NCBI GenBank assembly: GCA_010093705.1
Contig: MU006092.1
Span: forward strand, 1,382,350-1,446,349
Direction of reading: 5' to 3'
DNA length: 64,000 bases
From: Patellaria atrata CBS 101060
Lineage: Eukaryota
A model generated the notes under the pieces. It was not told where the DNA came from and ran no database searches. It was given only the letters and a program-made list of their open reading frames with translations. Position numbers and translations under genes: made by a program. Within the stretch, counting starts at the first letter, position 1, and the number at the start of each line of letters is the position of its first letter. Below are positions 37,334 to 50,338 of this stretch, piece by piece.

Positions 37334-40300
37334 ATGGCGGAACATCCCCGAAGAGCTTCGACCGCTCTACTGACTGCTCCCTCAATAATACCCCCAGCGC
37401 CTCCTTTACCTCCGCAGAAAGAGCAGAGGAGAGAGCTCAACCGTTTTACCAAATTCATAACGCAGCCATTCTCGACGTACAGCTCTAGACCGCCAAGCGC
37501 GCAAGCTCATCGCGATAGCAACAGAACGAACCCGCTTTTCACTAGGATTCCCGGGTAAGCCGTTCATCGCTGATCTAGATCTCCTGACACGCTGTCTGAA
37601 CTAGAACTGACCCAATAATTCAGCATCAGCTCATCTTCACAAGATGCCAGTCATAGAACCGGCCTAGAAATTAGTGCCCTCGACCTCAACCAAGAACGTA
37701 CGCATGCCATACTTGCAGGCCGAGAAATCCTTAAGACGATCAGCATCGATGGGACGAATTGCGTTGAACAGACTAATCTACGCTCTGTATTGCGTGACTA
37801 TGCCTCGCATCATGCAACTGGCACTGGTGGACCAGGAAGATATAGGGAAACACTGGATATCCATGATGTGAAATGGTCGCATGGGCAATACAGCACGCAT
37901 ATAGCTACAGCCGGGACAAGTGGTAAAGTCGTACTGTACGATCTAAATCGCGCAGGCGTTGAGCTCGCTCGACTACATGAACATCATCGTCAAGTGCATA
38001 GGTTGGCTTTCAATCCTCACCAGGGATATCTCTTGCTTTCAGCCAGTCAGGATGCTACCGTCCGCCTATGGGATCTGCGCGACATGCGTAAAGATGTTAT
38101 GACGCAGGTGACGTGTCCGAGTCGAGAGAAATACATTGGGCAAAATGACGGGGTTCGTGATCTGCGTTGGTCCCCAACTGATGGAGTCGAATTTGCATTC
38201 GGTACCGACAATGGTGTTATCCAGAGATGGGACTTCAGAAACGCAAAAGGGCCCAAACTCAAGATCAACGCCCATGATAAGATGTGTCATTCCATCGACT
38301 GGCATCCAGACGGGAAGCACCTGATTAGTGCGAGCTCGGACAGGACCGTGAAGGTTTGGGATTTTTCATCCGAAATACGACGTCAGAAACCTGCTTGGAC
38401 GATCAGAACGCCATATCCCGTCTTTGGAGCACGCTGGCGGCCACCTCACATGTCGAAAGAAAGGCAAGAGCATGGACCATGGCAGTGTACTCAAATAGCA
38501 ACATTCTATGATCGGGAACATCCGACCATTCATATCTGGGATTTTCGAAGACCTTTTCTACCCTTTAGGGAGATCACACGCTATAGTACCGCACCCACAG
38601 ATCTACTGTGGCATTCCCAAGACTTGCTGTGGACTGTTGGTCGTGAAGGGTATTTTGCTCAGACCGATGTTCATTATGCACCGAAAGTAGTGGATAGGCG
38701 CAACCTACAAACATTTGGAGTACCCCCTAATGGAGAAGTGAGTGGCTTTGCGCAAAAGAGACCGCGACGTCGCGGTTCCCGGCATGACTTTAACTCAGAA
38801 AACACATATGCTGATGAGTTTGGAGATAAACTCGACGGAGTTGAGAATAGCTTGAGCAGAAGCTCTGCAGATGATAGCATTGACGATAGTTTTCTCTCGT
38901 CATCTTTTAGGAGGCATCATATTCGAACGGAAAGTAATCGGTCGACAAGGTCTCTGGGTAGCACTCCACCATCGTATGATGATGCAGGCAAGATCATTAA
39001 GCTTGATGAGTCGCTATTAAGTCTAAGAGACGTATTCAAACCCGATCAAATCGCGTTCAGAGGTGTCCTACCCGGCTATCTCAATGTACCCGTTTTTACA
39101 TATCTCGCACAGAAGTATAAGACAGTTTCTTTACCAGACGCAACTAATATAGATTCTTTCAAGAACATACATGTAATATTTAATCAGAATGCTGACTATG
39201 CCCAGCGAGCAGCGTGCTATCGTCTCGCGGAATCGTGGAGACTCGTCGGCATGGTAGTTTCTAACGCTTTGCAGCAAAGAGCTATAGAGCAAAGAAGGCG
39301 GAGAATTGAAGAAAAGAGGAGCAGTGAAATCCCGAAAAGCACCTCCGCCTCGGCATCTAAACCGGAGAGACCACCGGTTACAGCTTTATTAACACCTGCA
39401 AAGCGGACCATACAGTCAGCAGATTCCTCCACGACTAATACAGCTCATCTTGAAAGCACATCCAATCTCCAAACCCCACTTGCTAGACCAGTTACAGTAC
39501 CTACTACTTCCGTTATTGGATCTCTTCCTGATCCAGACCAGGGTGATAGCATAATACTACCCCCGGCAGTCATCGGTACAACGTCCAAGCAGGATGATAC
39601 AGGGAAGGAGGATCTACGGCCTACACTTCGGCGCCCAAGCTTCAGTAGTCCTGGATGGTTGAGCTCCTCGCATGATCTTGATGAACACAGGGAAATGGCG
39701 AGGAATTATCGTGCACAACCTAGGGCGCCCTTAAACCTTGAACCCAGAGCCGGGATGTCCTCAAGCCCTAGCATTGGCATACCACCAACCCTCAACCGCC
39801 ACGATTCTAATGAGAGTTTCACCATGTTCTCTGCGTCCACCGATTCTCAAAAAGCCATGTCACTTGTAACAGTGTCGTTCGCAAGTGGCAGAACTACTTC
39901 TCATGGTAGCATGGAAACTGTCCCTGAGGTATGGGATCAGGGGACGGCATCCCACTCCCATGAAACCTCACCTACCCCTTCTCCATTAGAGAAATACCCT
40001 GACAGCGTCCAAGCCGAAGGATATAGAAATGGTCAACACAATCACCACAACAGTGCTACCAGCATGAAATCAACTATCGAAAGCATTCGCTCCGAAGCTA
40101 AGGGTCGAAGGAGGTCCTCGCTTGCATTCTCTGTCGGGAGCAACGGACAACTTGCCGTTGGGTCGATCGAGCGTCAGGAGAAAGTCAACCAGCAGTTAGA
40201 CACTGTTCGGAGGGACAATCTGTTATTACGTAATGATAGCTCTGAATCCGAGTATTTTATCAGCATTAAAGGGAGTCTAGACCCTTCACCAAGCTATAAC

Positions 40301-41539
40301 GAAGCAATGGAAGCTAGCGGAACGATAGTTCCAGAAGGCTACGCGGAAAACAGATCACCTCAAGTCGATCATACCTCCTTGGAGCATCAAACCACTGCTA
40401 CACCTGTTATACAGCTCGAAGCAGATAAGAGCGTTAAGGAAGAATCGTTCGTTTTATCTGATTACCTCTCTACAAGTAGCACAGTTGATACTGAACAGTC
40501 CAGTCCATTTACAGTGATAGCAATGCTCGAACAACTACTGGATTTTCACACCGGGGCTCTCACTGACGCTCAAACACCCTCACTTCTAATCCTACTGCTG
40601 TCACCTCTTCTTCCACAAACCCATTCTCTCTCTTCAATAGACAAAGAGACTATTCTCAATTCATATTCTGAGTATCTTCCCTCCCTTGGCTTCTCATTTG
40701 AACAGACAAGGATCACTGTCGCCAATCACCTTACGCACCTTATATCCACAGGAATCAACCCCTTGCAAGCAGAGTCAATTCTATCTACATACCATTCTCA
40801 ACTAACAACTCTCTCCTTATATGTTGCAGCAACATACCTCCGACGTCTCTGCTACCCCTGTTACCCCGCCGTCTATGAACAAGCAATCAAAGAGACGCAA
40901 GTCGGCATCCTTTGCAAACAATGCAAGAACCCAATCAATAACGCTACTGACAAGATGATCTGCGAAACGTGCAAGGGACGTCAAGCTCCCTGTCCTGTCT
41001 GCTGGTCCCGAGACTCTCCCTTTGAAAGCTTGGCAAGTAAGAAGAAAGCCGCGAAAGCTCGATCCCGCCGCCAGAGCCGTACGAACAGTGCGATGCGCAA
41101 CTCTGGGATACTGAAGCCTTATTCCTCGCATCAAAATATTCTGCTCAATGGCGCAGCCCCGTCTGGTACACTGGACAAGTATACTGCAGAGATTGCACCA
41201 GTGGAAGCGGCTATCCTATCCCCTCCGCCTATGTTATGGTCCTGGTGTCCGATTTGCGGTCATGGCGGCCATGCCAATTGTCTCGCAACCTGGTTCGCGG
41301 ACCCTTCATTTTCGAGCGGTGGTTGTCCCACGGAGGGGTGTATGTGTGATTGCGTCAGAGGGCCAAGGAGGGATGAGAGGTTGAAGAGGTTAGAGAAGAA
41401 GAACGCGGAGAAAGAGAAACCCAGGGTAAGGGGTGATGAATGGAGGGTTAATGAGAGCAAGGCGGTGGCCGGGGCTAGAGGGGTTCTGGGCGTTCCGGAG
41501 GTGAAGAGGGTCCGGGTCGTCGAACCTGGAATAGGATAG
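37334..41539 (+). CDS. rtc1: SEACAT/GATOR2 subunit Rtc1/Sea2 (WDR24 orthologue); intron 37555-37623
   Basis: N-terminal WD40 repeats (THAILAGREILKT, LLSASQDATVRLWDLR, IDWHPDGKHL) and a C-terminal Zn/RING region (CKQC..CETC..CPVC..CPICGHGGH..C..WF..CPTEGCMCDC). Confidence 0.9.
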
Positions 41540-42892
41540 GGTGTATATATTGGGCGTTTTAGGGTTTGTATGCAAAATTCCGCTCCTCACAAGGGACCGG
41601 ACTCTATGTACCATACGCTTATTGTATTATAGATGACTGGGCTACACTTGGTAATTGTGTATTGCTGGGGAACCGAATGTACTGTATACTCTTTTTTGTG
41701 ATTGATGCTCTACGGCCATCTTCCGTACCCTTAATACTCTGGTCAATATGTGCAGATGTCCTCCCTGTACGGTACCACCAGATAAGGGTGATACACCAAG
41801 TCTCCAATAAGACATGCGGTCTTATCTATACAATAAAGATATAGTACGTCCCCTTTCGGAACAAACAGTTATGGATTGCTAAGGTCTAATCTTTAGATAT
41901 ACTGCTACCAGCGATCAATAGCACCTGTAAGCTATGGGGACGCTGTACGGTAAGGGTCACTTTGCTGTATTCTCTGTATTGTATAGTAGCGCAGGCGAAA
42001 ATAATAAGGCTGAAGTAGGACATCAAACATTCTAGCTCGTTGACAGATTTTTTCTTTTCACGTCGAAGTCAATTTTCGATTTGATCCTGAACGGCTCAAT
42101 ACACTACAATGAAAGCACATCGTTCATATAATTCTCATAAATTATATCCAATGCAGTCCATCGCCAGTAGAAGAATTACGATAGACATGGTTTGTTATAC
42201 GGAGGGATGGCGCGGCGGAAAGAGAAACCCTTGTGTGTCTACTGGTGCAGAGCAACAATAGGGGGTAACAAGCCGTCAGGGTAACAGATTCCCGTGAACA
42301 CCTCTAAGTCTCTTCCGGAGCTACTACGGCAAGCTTTCCATTGTGAATCTTCAGTATATGTCGTCTGTTGATCTTGTGACGCGTTCATTTCATGCTTGGC
42401 GTCAACAGCCCGTTTGCAAGATTTATTTCCGCTCGAGCAACATTTTCCTTCTTCCTCACTCTCACATCACTTCTCTCTTCACATCGAAGATCTCTATCAA
42501 AGGTATATACAAGTGACCTCTTGCAATATCATCAACCCTATCAGATACTTGAATCACCTTTACACTACACGCGTCTACTACTCACAAAAAGAAGTTGAAT
42601 GCCTAGTTGCGTACAAAATCGCCTTGTTGACATCTCTTGCAGCTGGTAGACCGGCCTGATTCTTCTCAAAGAACAAGCCTAAAATGGTCCACCACCTCGA
42701 TAAGTCAGTGCATCGTCTTCAACAAGCAACCGGGTTACCGTTGCTCGGAGTACACCAAAAGTCTCCCATATGGAGTACCACCACATTTCGAACAACACGC
42801 ACTTGAATCCAACGCGCCGTACTAAAACAGTCCGACTTTCAGACATAGTTCACGTCGTACTCTTCACCTACACCACCCCTACCACCACCACG

Positions 42893-43678
42893 ATGCCGAA
42901 AGAAGCGGCATCCCGTAGATACCGCTTGGAGCGTCTTGGCCGTACGATAGATGCTCTTGCAGAATCAGCTAGATTTGGCGCATCGGCGCATCCGGCCGAC
43001 ATCCAGAACCGCAGTACGCTCCTCACGATCTCGGAATCCGTGGAGTCACAAGCAAAGGAGATATGTGAGTTACGCTCGAACATTCCCAAAGGCCTAGTCT
43101 AACCTGTGTACAGATGCCGATCTCCTTCGTTACGAGACAAAGGCAGCCCACGCCCAATCCGGGTGTGCAGTGTGGGAATCAGCTCTTATGGAGCACGAGG
43201 CGGAGCTGACCCGCCGCAAAGCAAAGCTCGCTCGCGAGGAGACGAGACTCAATAAGTACCATGCCCGCCTCGCGCAAATGGGGGCGGAGCTCCACCGCCG
43301 CGAGTTCGATGTCGCTCGCCGGGAAGTAGATTTTGAGCGTTCGAAGGCGATCGCTCGTGCCAGTATGGCACATCCTGGTATGGATATCTATAATTCCCTT
43401 CCTCTGTGACGAATATCAGGCTGACTCTATTGGCGTGTACAGTACAAGCTCCATCGGTGGCAGATTCGGAAGACAAGAGCTCAAAGTACGAGCGTCTGAA
43501 GACCCGTGTGTGGGCTGGTGTGCCTGCTCCCTCCCCTCCAGAATCATTCACCGAGCGTACGCTCCCGGGTTGGCGTCCCGGTGCCCCGAAAGCCCGTAAA
43601 CGTCATACCTACGAAACTTACCGCTACACCACGGAGCCAGAACGCCCAAAACGCCGTCACAGGAGTGACAGAGATTAA
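42893..43678 (+). CDS. Hypothetical 223-aa coiled-coil protein with a basic C-terminus; exons 42893-43064, 43114-43377, 43443-43678
   Basis: Two short canonical introns (GTGAGT..CTAAC..CAG and GTATGG..CTGAC..CAG) join three ORF pieces in frame. The middle is heptad-like and E/R/K-rich. Confidence 0.75.
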
Positions 43679-44965
43679 AGCAGACAGAGGAGAGGCAGGA
43701 TCATTGCTAGGACCCCTGTAACAGTATTGTACATATAGAGATGCGGTTCTAGATCTATCATACAAATTTTGCCATACAGATTTGGCTCATTCGATCAATA
43801 CGTTCACCAGTCGTCCTTTCCTGCAAGAACTGACCTCCTATACAACTATATAACACCGACTGAGTAAGCTTAGTAAGCAGCCCCTTTTCCGAACTTTTAT
43901 ACCTGTGCCCCCTGTGACAAAGGGATATGATATGACCTGGTCATGCCCCCGATCCATCGCTCTATGGGTCATTCCACCAATCGAACTCCTCTCTTGGGGT
44001 ATACAATCTCCTTACTTCCTGTTTCTTTCTCTTCAAAAATTGGTCGACGAGGTTATTTGGAAGCTGGAGTTCACTCGAGGTTCATTGCTGGCGGATAAGG
44101 AACATTCAACGATACGAACTATTTGCGTGACATAGATAATAATCATTATTGTGGGAGTGATTTTGGCCTACAGATATCTCATCGTGCTGTGGAGAGACTA
44201 AATGAAGCAGTGTTGAGACAATTGAAGGGTTACATGATGTTCAGCACTGGTTCACGGTGATGGTGTTTAACAGCAAGCGATCCACTACCGTGTTTTCTTA
44301 TTGTTCAAAGTGACGTCTTTGGGGTATGTCTTTTGATTGTCCGCGTGAAGAATTATGCAGACGGTAGGAACAAATGATCTCATGGTCACCGGCTTTAGCA
44401 ATGTCTCTCTCTTGTTTTGGGTATAAAGCTCTCTTCTCCTCTTCTACTTTCTTCTTATTTTAGAACCAGTCGTAATTTTAGGGAATTTCAGCTATAAAAT
44501 TCAACATTTTGGAGAAACAGAGGCGAAGCACTTATACTATTTGAGCCGTTGTGGAAGAGAAATGTCAATACCATGGTTTTGAAACTGGTCGGAACTCGAA
44601 CGAATCTCGTCGGATTGTTCTCATCGGTTGGGGGAAGTGGTAATGATATGCAGCTCCCAAACATACTGATGAAATTCAGCAACCATAGTCGATTGTTACT
44701 ATGGAACTCCCCATAATTTACACTTGATAGCTGCCTATGACTTTCTCGCATTATTCCACTGTCTGACTTTTTACTTGACCAGTTCTTAGCATCTATATTT
44801 GGGTATATAAACCTTTACGGCTCTTCTCTTTCTTTCATTCTTTAGTTCTGCAACAACTTCAAGACTCAGGCGGAAATGGAACTTCGAATGGAAATTGAGA
44901 GGAAGAGGACGGGCTCTGGATTTCTTCAGCGCGGCGTTGGAAGGACCAACAATCATCACCTATTG

Positions 44966-45138
44966 TGTCATGACTCAACCTCAGACGAAAACTGAAAGGT
45001 ATATTGCTAAATGTACACGAAGCTTAAACTTAAGGAGAGATAGTATTGAGACAGCATATGCTGTTCTACTAAAGTACAGTATGACTAAGCCGCTGGATCA
45101 TCCAAGGCACTTATACCTATCGAGTCTAATCCGCGACA
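44966..45138 (+). mobile_element. Solo LTR copy 1 (173 bp), TSD TATTG
   Basis: Ends TGTCA...CGACA, with TATTG at 44961-44965 and 45139-45143. Highly similar to copies 2 and 3. Strand is given only relative to the other copies. Confidence 0.85.
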
Positions 45139-45560
45139 TATTGGGGGTTCGGACTGGAACTTTGAGTTGAATGAACCTCTTATTCGGCTCACCTTTGTTT
45201 GATAAGCAGTGATTATGCGGTGTATCTCCACACAAAACTGACGATATTCAGCATAAACAATGTATTACCATTATATCACTCTCCCTATTTGCCCATGACG
45301 TTAGTCTTAAGTTTGTCGTTAGATTGTGTCGTAGCTGACTCTCAACATGCCGATTCTCGGACTCAAGGGTCTCCTTTAGATATATAATCTCTCCTCTTCC
45401 TCTCTATCTTTCCTACTTTCTTAGTTCTACAATAATTTCGAGAGAAGGGTATCTTAGGATAGTATCAAAGATTGGGTGGAGGAATCTCTATAGTAGAATG
45501 TATTGGGCTCGTTGAGCTTAATGGCGAAAAGGATTGTGGTGTGTGAGGAGAGTCAACAAC

Positions 45561-45733
45561 TGTCACGGGTTAGACCCGAAAGGTATAAGTGCCTTGGATG
45601 ATCCAGCGGCTTAGTCATACTGTACCTTAGCAGAACAGCATATGCTGTCTCAACACTTTCTTTCCTTAAGTTTAAGCTTCATGTACATGTAGCAATATAC
45701 CTTGCAGCTTCCATCTGAGGTTGAGCCTTGACA
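45561..45733 (-). mobile_element. Solo LTR copy 2 (173 bp, opposite orientation), TSD ACAAC/ATAAC
   Basis: Ends TGTCA...TGACA. Its reverse complement aligns without gaps to copy 1. The TSD copies differ by one C>T. Confidence 0.85.
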
Positions 45734-48700
45734 ATAACAAGATATCTGGAACTTATTTGGAAGTTGGGGCCGGAAGTGGGAGATGAAAGATCAAAGAGTC
45801 TTGCTGGGTAGTTCTAACCTGCTTGAGACGATATGATATTGATGTTGTGCAGCTACAGGCTACAGCGGTGATGTTCTGCAGGAATGGCTTGATCTCCAAT
45901 CAACCATGATGCCATAAACACTACATCAAAAATGATGGGAGTTATTCCTAACTTACAGTCAACCCCTGACGTAGAAATTATGATCTAATCACACGATACA
46001 TCAATCAGCCTGCGGAATTTTCAACATTTGGTTAATGACTCCCAGTGTGGGTATATAGTTGTCTCCCTTCCCCTGTTTTTCCATTCTCTTGGAACCCACA
46101 ATCAGATCTCAGCTTAACCTGAACATGCTGAGCTGAGCATAGAGCAGCGAATAGACTTATTTGGGGGAACCTAACAAAATCTCCAGGAGATTGTCTCGGA
46201 ACGACCAGCTCTCAATTAGATATGCCTCGAGAAGAACAGCCCATTATTTCTTTTGCAAGCGGGCTGGTTGCGTAGCTAGTGGTGACGGATAGAGAATAAT
46301 GAACCGCAGTCTCAATCAGCCTTAAAGAGGAATAGTAACAATAATGTTTCACTAACATCTCATCTAATATGACTTAAGAGAAAGGTAAGATTATAAGAAC
46401 CCCTGTCTCAGACGAACACTTGGCATACGCCTCACTGGCATCATCGTCTCATTCTTATGTATGCCAGGACAGCTGACCCCTTACTTTACAAGTTTTTGAA
46501 GGATGACTCCCCTTCTTGATATTTCAACCTCTTTTCCTTTTCTCTTTTAAATCTATATTCATATTCTGAGACTAGGCTGGCTGAATTCCGCGATGGAACC
46601 GCATTCTTGGAAGAAGAGAACAAGTCGAATACTTACTGTATCCGACAGATGAGTTCCCGATTGGGTATTGAGAGGAGAAAACTGATATTGTTTTCTCCTA
46701 ACCGGCAGTTGGAAGCTTAGCATGGTTATTGTGTAGTTGACGCTGGTGGATGGAGGTGACGGTGACGAGCAGCCTCAGTTAATCTCGAAGGAGAACGGCA
46801 GGAGTAGTCCTGTTGTGATTTCGTCAAATATCACGTCAAAGTATTTATCGTCTTAGTGTCCCTGGTGACATACCCTACTGCCAAAGATAATACTTGCGAC
46901 CTGCTAACCTCTGAACTTATGCTGTTTAGGCCTCTGCACAGCTCTTGTAGGTATACAAGCCACTAAACATCTTCTCTCTTACTTTTATTTCTTTCACTTT
47001 CCAAGCGTATGGAATGGAGTCCTTCGCATGGCGATATTTGGTGTGATCGAGAGAGAACGTCTCATCAATGAAACGCAAAGAAAAGAAATTGGGAGTGCGC
47101 CTGAAGAGAAATCTACTCTCAATTTTGGCTGGATTCTAAGCACGTGGGCTTATTATCTCGGTACACACTTAGTAACGGGGAGAAGCGGGGAGAACCAGTA
47201 ATGATATCCAAGCTTACCATTTGCTAATGAAATCCAGCAGGAAGAGATACTCTCACCATAGACTATTGAAGCTCAAGGGAGCGTTAATGTATTGTCTTGG
47301 TTCCAAAGCATGACATACTGTACACAATGTACTCAGATGTTTCATGACTTGTGCGTATGTTTGTAGCTCCTAATTCTCACCTACTGGTTTTCGGCAACTC
47401 ACCTCTTTCTGTAGGTATATAAACATTCTCCTTTCTCTACGTCTTCTTCCTTAGGTTCTACAATCTCATGAGAGAATGTGCGACCACACCGTCATTTGGG
47501 AGAGATATAGACAGGTGAACGATATTGGTTATGTTTGCTCCTCGGGCATGATGGAAACAACATCCTCTCCCCTTTTCAGACCGAAAATGCTCCAGGGTCA
47601 GGATTTGGCTACGGTAATAATGAGGAATACAACGGCGTGGTGATAATCCTCATAATCGAAGCCCCATTGCTCTTTACTGAGAGTTATAGCAAAGCCGAAA
47701 AGTTATAACTTCTCTCCTCATCGATGCTGGGATACATAATACTTACCACTCACTTACGCGTATAGCAGATGACCTTCTATCTTACAACCTCGGTTCTTCC
47801 TTGTCTCCTTTATGTATATAAGGCTACAAATTTACTTCACCTTTCCACTTTAAAGAATTCCTCAACATCTCCGGGAGAGCTTAAGTTTGGAATCGGGATC
47901 AAAACTATCATAGAGAGGGAAGTAGGATTTACCGCTCAGTCATTTAGCATTCCGCACTAAGTGGTTCCTTGATGCTCTTAAGGAGACATGAGTCAAACCT
48001 AGATGTTGATTCCTTTCAGACTAACGTACCATTGCTGGATTCCGTGTCCAAGAGCGCACACTTATACATAAAAAGGATTATAATGATTGATCATGTTGTG
48101 CGAGTTTTATGGTAAAGAAAAGAACCAGCAGTAAGATCTTCAGCACAGTCAGGGGTTCCAATAGAGGAGGTAATGACATCCACATTTTCCAAATAACGGT
48201 TCCTGCTAATGAAAGGATGGAGAAGGAAAGTTGCGCAGTAACGCGCTGATTGCGCTTGGGTGGGAGAGGAATTGTTGCAATAAACCGTTCATTGCTTTTG
48301 GGCGGGCTTCAGATGAACCTAACTGTTCCATGGTCAGTCGAAGAGAGTAAGGGGATCTTAAAGCATATAAAGGGGTAATGATGTCGAGTTTCAGTTTAGA
48401 AGGATGAAGATGGTAATCATCATCCACTCGAGATTCGAGGATATAATACGGAAAAATGAAAAAGATAAGTGGCGTGGGAATTATAGAACAATCTCCTAAG
48501 AGTATAGTTTTATGAAGTATGTCTATGTGTGTGGAGTAAGATTCAATGGAGCTCGTAGTTTCATCTGCTTTCTCATGCACAATAACATGTGTAGTTCTAG
48601 CAATCACACCCTTAATTTGACAAGTCTACCTCTTGACACCTCCCCTCTCGAATTTATATAACCTTTCTTCCTCTACCATTCTTCACTCTTTCACTATAAT

Positions 48701-50101
48701 CAACGAGATCTTTTCCGTGGAATATATCCTTTATTGAATAATTGGGTCGGTAGACAGGAAGGCCGGTACTACTTACCTGCTGAATTCAACTATCAAAACA
48801 TTCTTTTCCTCGGACCGTTGTGAATGAAAGATGAAACATAGAAACGTTAGGTCAGTGGTACCGGTGATAATGGTCAATTTTGATTGAGAAAGTTGAAGTT
48901 TGGTAGTAAGAATGTCTCTGCCGGGCCATTATCAGTTTAAGAACTAGAGATAAGTTACAATCTGGATCAAACATGTGTCTAAGATATGATACTCCGTAGT
49001 TCGTATAGGTTGCAGTTTTTCTCTTGACATCTCGCGTGGGCTAGAAGTATGACGTAAAGTTGATAGGTATCGAGGGATCACGCTTCGGGACTCCGGTGAT
49101 CGGTCATCCTCCCTCATTTTCAAAAAAATTTATCCCATTTTTGCCCACTTGTCTCCACCCTATCCACATATTATACAGATTGGATACTCTCCTGGAGGTG
49201 GGATAGGACTGTCATTGCCTGGAAGAGTAAAGGAAGCAACATGGGCCCTGAATATTGACTTCTAGGGAGGGTTGGCCGCTTCAAAGTCCTGACCCCAATC
49301 ATTTCTATCTTTGCCGCAGGAGCAGGATCTGGCATTGGGTGGGGCCTGCCACTAAATGATAAAATCAATCATAGACTGATAAGGGATATGATGGCGTATA
49401 GCTCCATTTGGTGATGCTATAATTCAGCAAAAACATATTCAGGCCGAAGAGGAATCAAAGACGAGTTCAGAGCCACAGTTTAACCACACATTGGATATGA
49501 TTATTAAAGCATATCACGCTCCCCTGCTTCTAGTTCCGAGCTATAAGCATGACTCAGAATGTTCTATTGTCATAGTACATTTATACTGCAATACTGATCA
49601 TCTGCACGTTCACCCCTGATTATATAAGACTCACCTTTCTCTTCTGATTTGATTTCTTATCTTTAACAACGACCTTATTCAAGAAACACCAGTGAGAAAA
49701 CGTAAGGAAGCACTGGCGTGTTTCTAGGGTCGAGAAGTGTCTGCAGCTCCCATAGTGAACTCTTTTCATTGCGTGGCCATAAGTCATGATAAGTAGAATT
49801 AATTCACAAGCTCCAAGGTAGGTAATCGTTTATCACGACACAAGTCATCATCATGCAGTGCCCTTAAAGATCCTTACGTTCAGATGGTAATATCAATCAC
49901 TATTCTTTCCCCAAACCGATTCACTTCCTGAACCCCGTAATTCTGGATGTTCTGGAACGCTAAGTAGGCCCCTTATCAAGATACTAACACAATTCTATAC
50001 CTGGATGTGAGGTTTTTTCCAACTAAAAATGCCACAACAATTTTCTCTGGTAGGCTTTTGCATTCACCTCCCTCCCTTGGCGCGGGCCGCAAGAGCACAG
50101 C

Positions 50102-50338
50102 TGTCAAGGCTCAACCTCAGATGGAAGCTGAAAGGTATATTGCTACATATACATGAAGCTTAAACTTGAGGAAAGAAAGTAAAAGAGAGTGTCAGAACAG
50201 CGTGAGCTGTTCTATTAAAGTACAACATGACTAATAAATGAAAGTACCAGAACAGCGTGAGCTGTTCTATTAAAGTATATCATGGCTAAGGCGCTGGATA
50301 ATTCAAGGCACTTATACCTATGGGTCTAGCCCGTGACA
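50102..50338 (+). mobile_element. Solo LTR copy 3 (237 bp, with an internal duplication), TSD ACAGC
   Basis: Ends TGTCAAGGCTCAACC...CCCGTGACA, with ACAGC at 50097-50101 and 50339-50343. Confidence 0.85.

Noticed and set aside
44966..45733. One MITE or composite transposon with 173-bp terminal inverted repeats
   Set aside because: Each arm has its own 5-bp TSD and a third free copy exists, so these are separate solo LTRs.
44055..47500. ATTTGG motif as an Sm-binding site of snRNA genes
   Set aside because: The U-run is usually too short and variable, and no spliceosomal snRNA sequence is recognisable.
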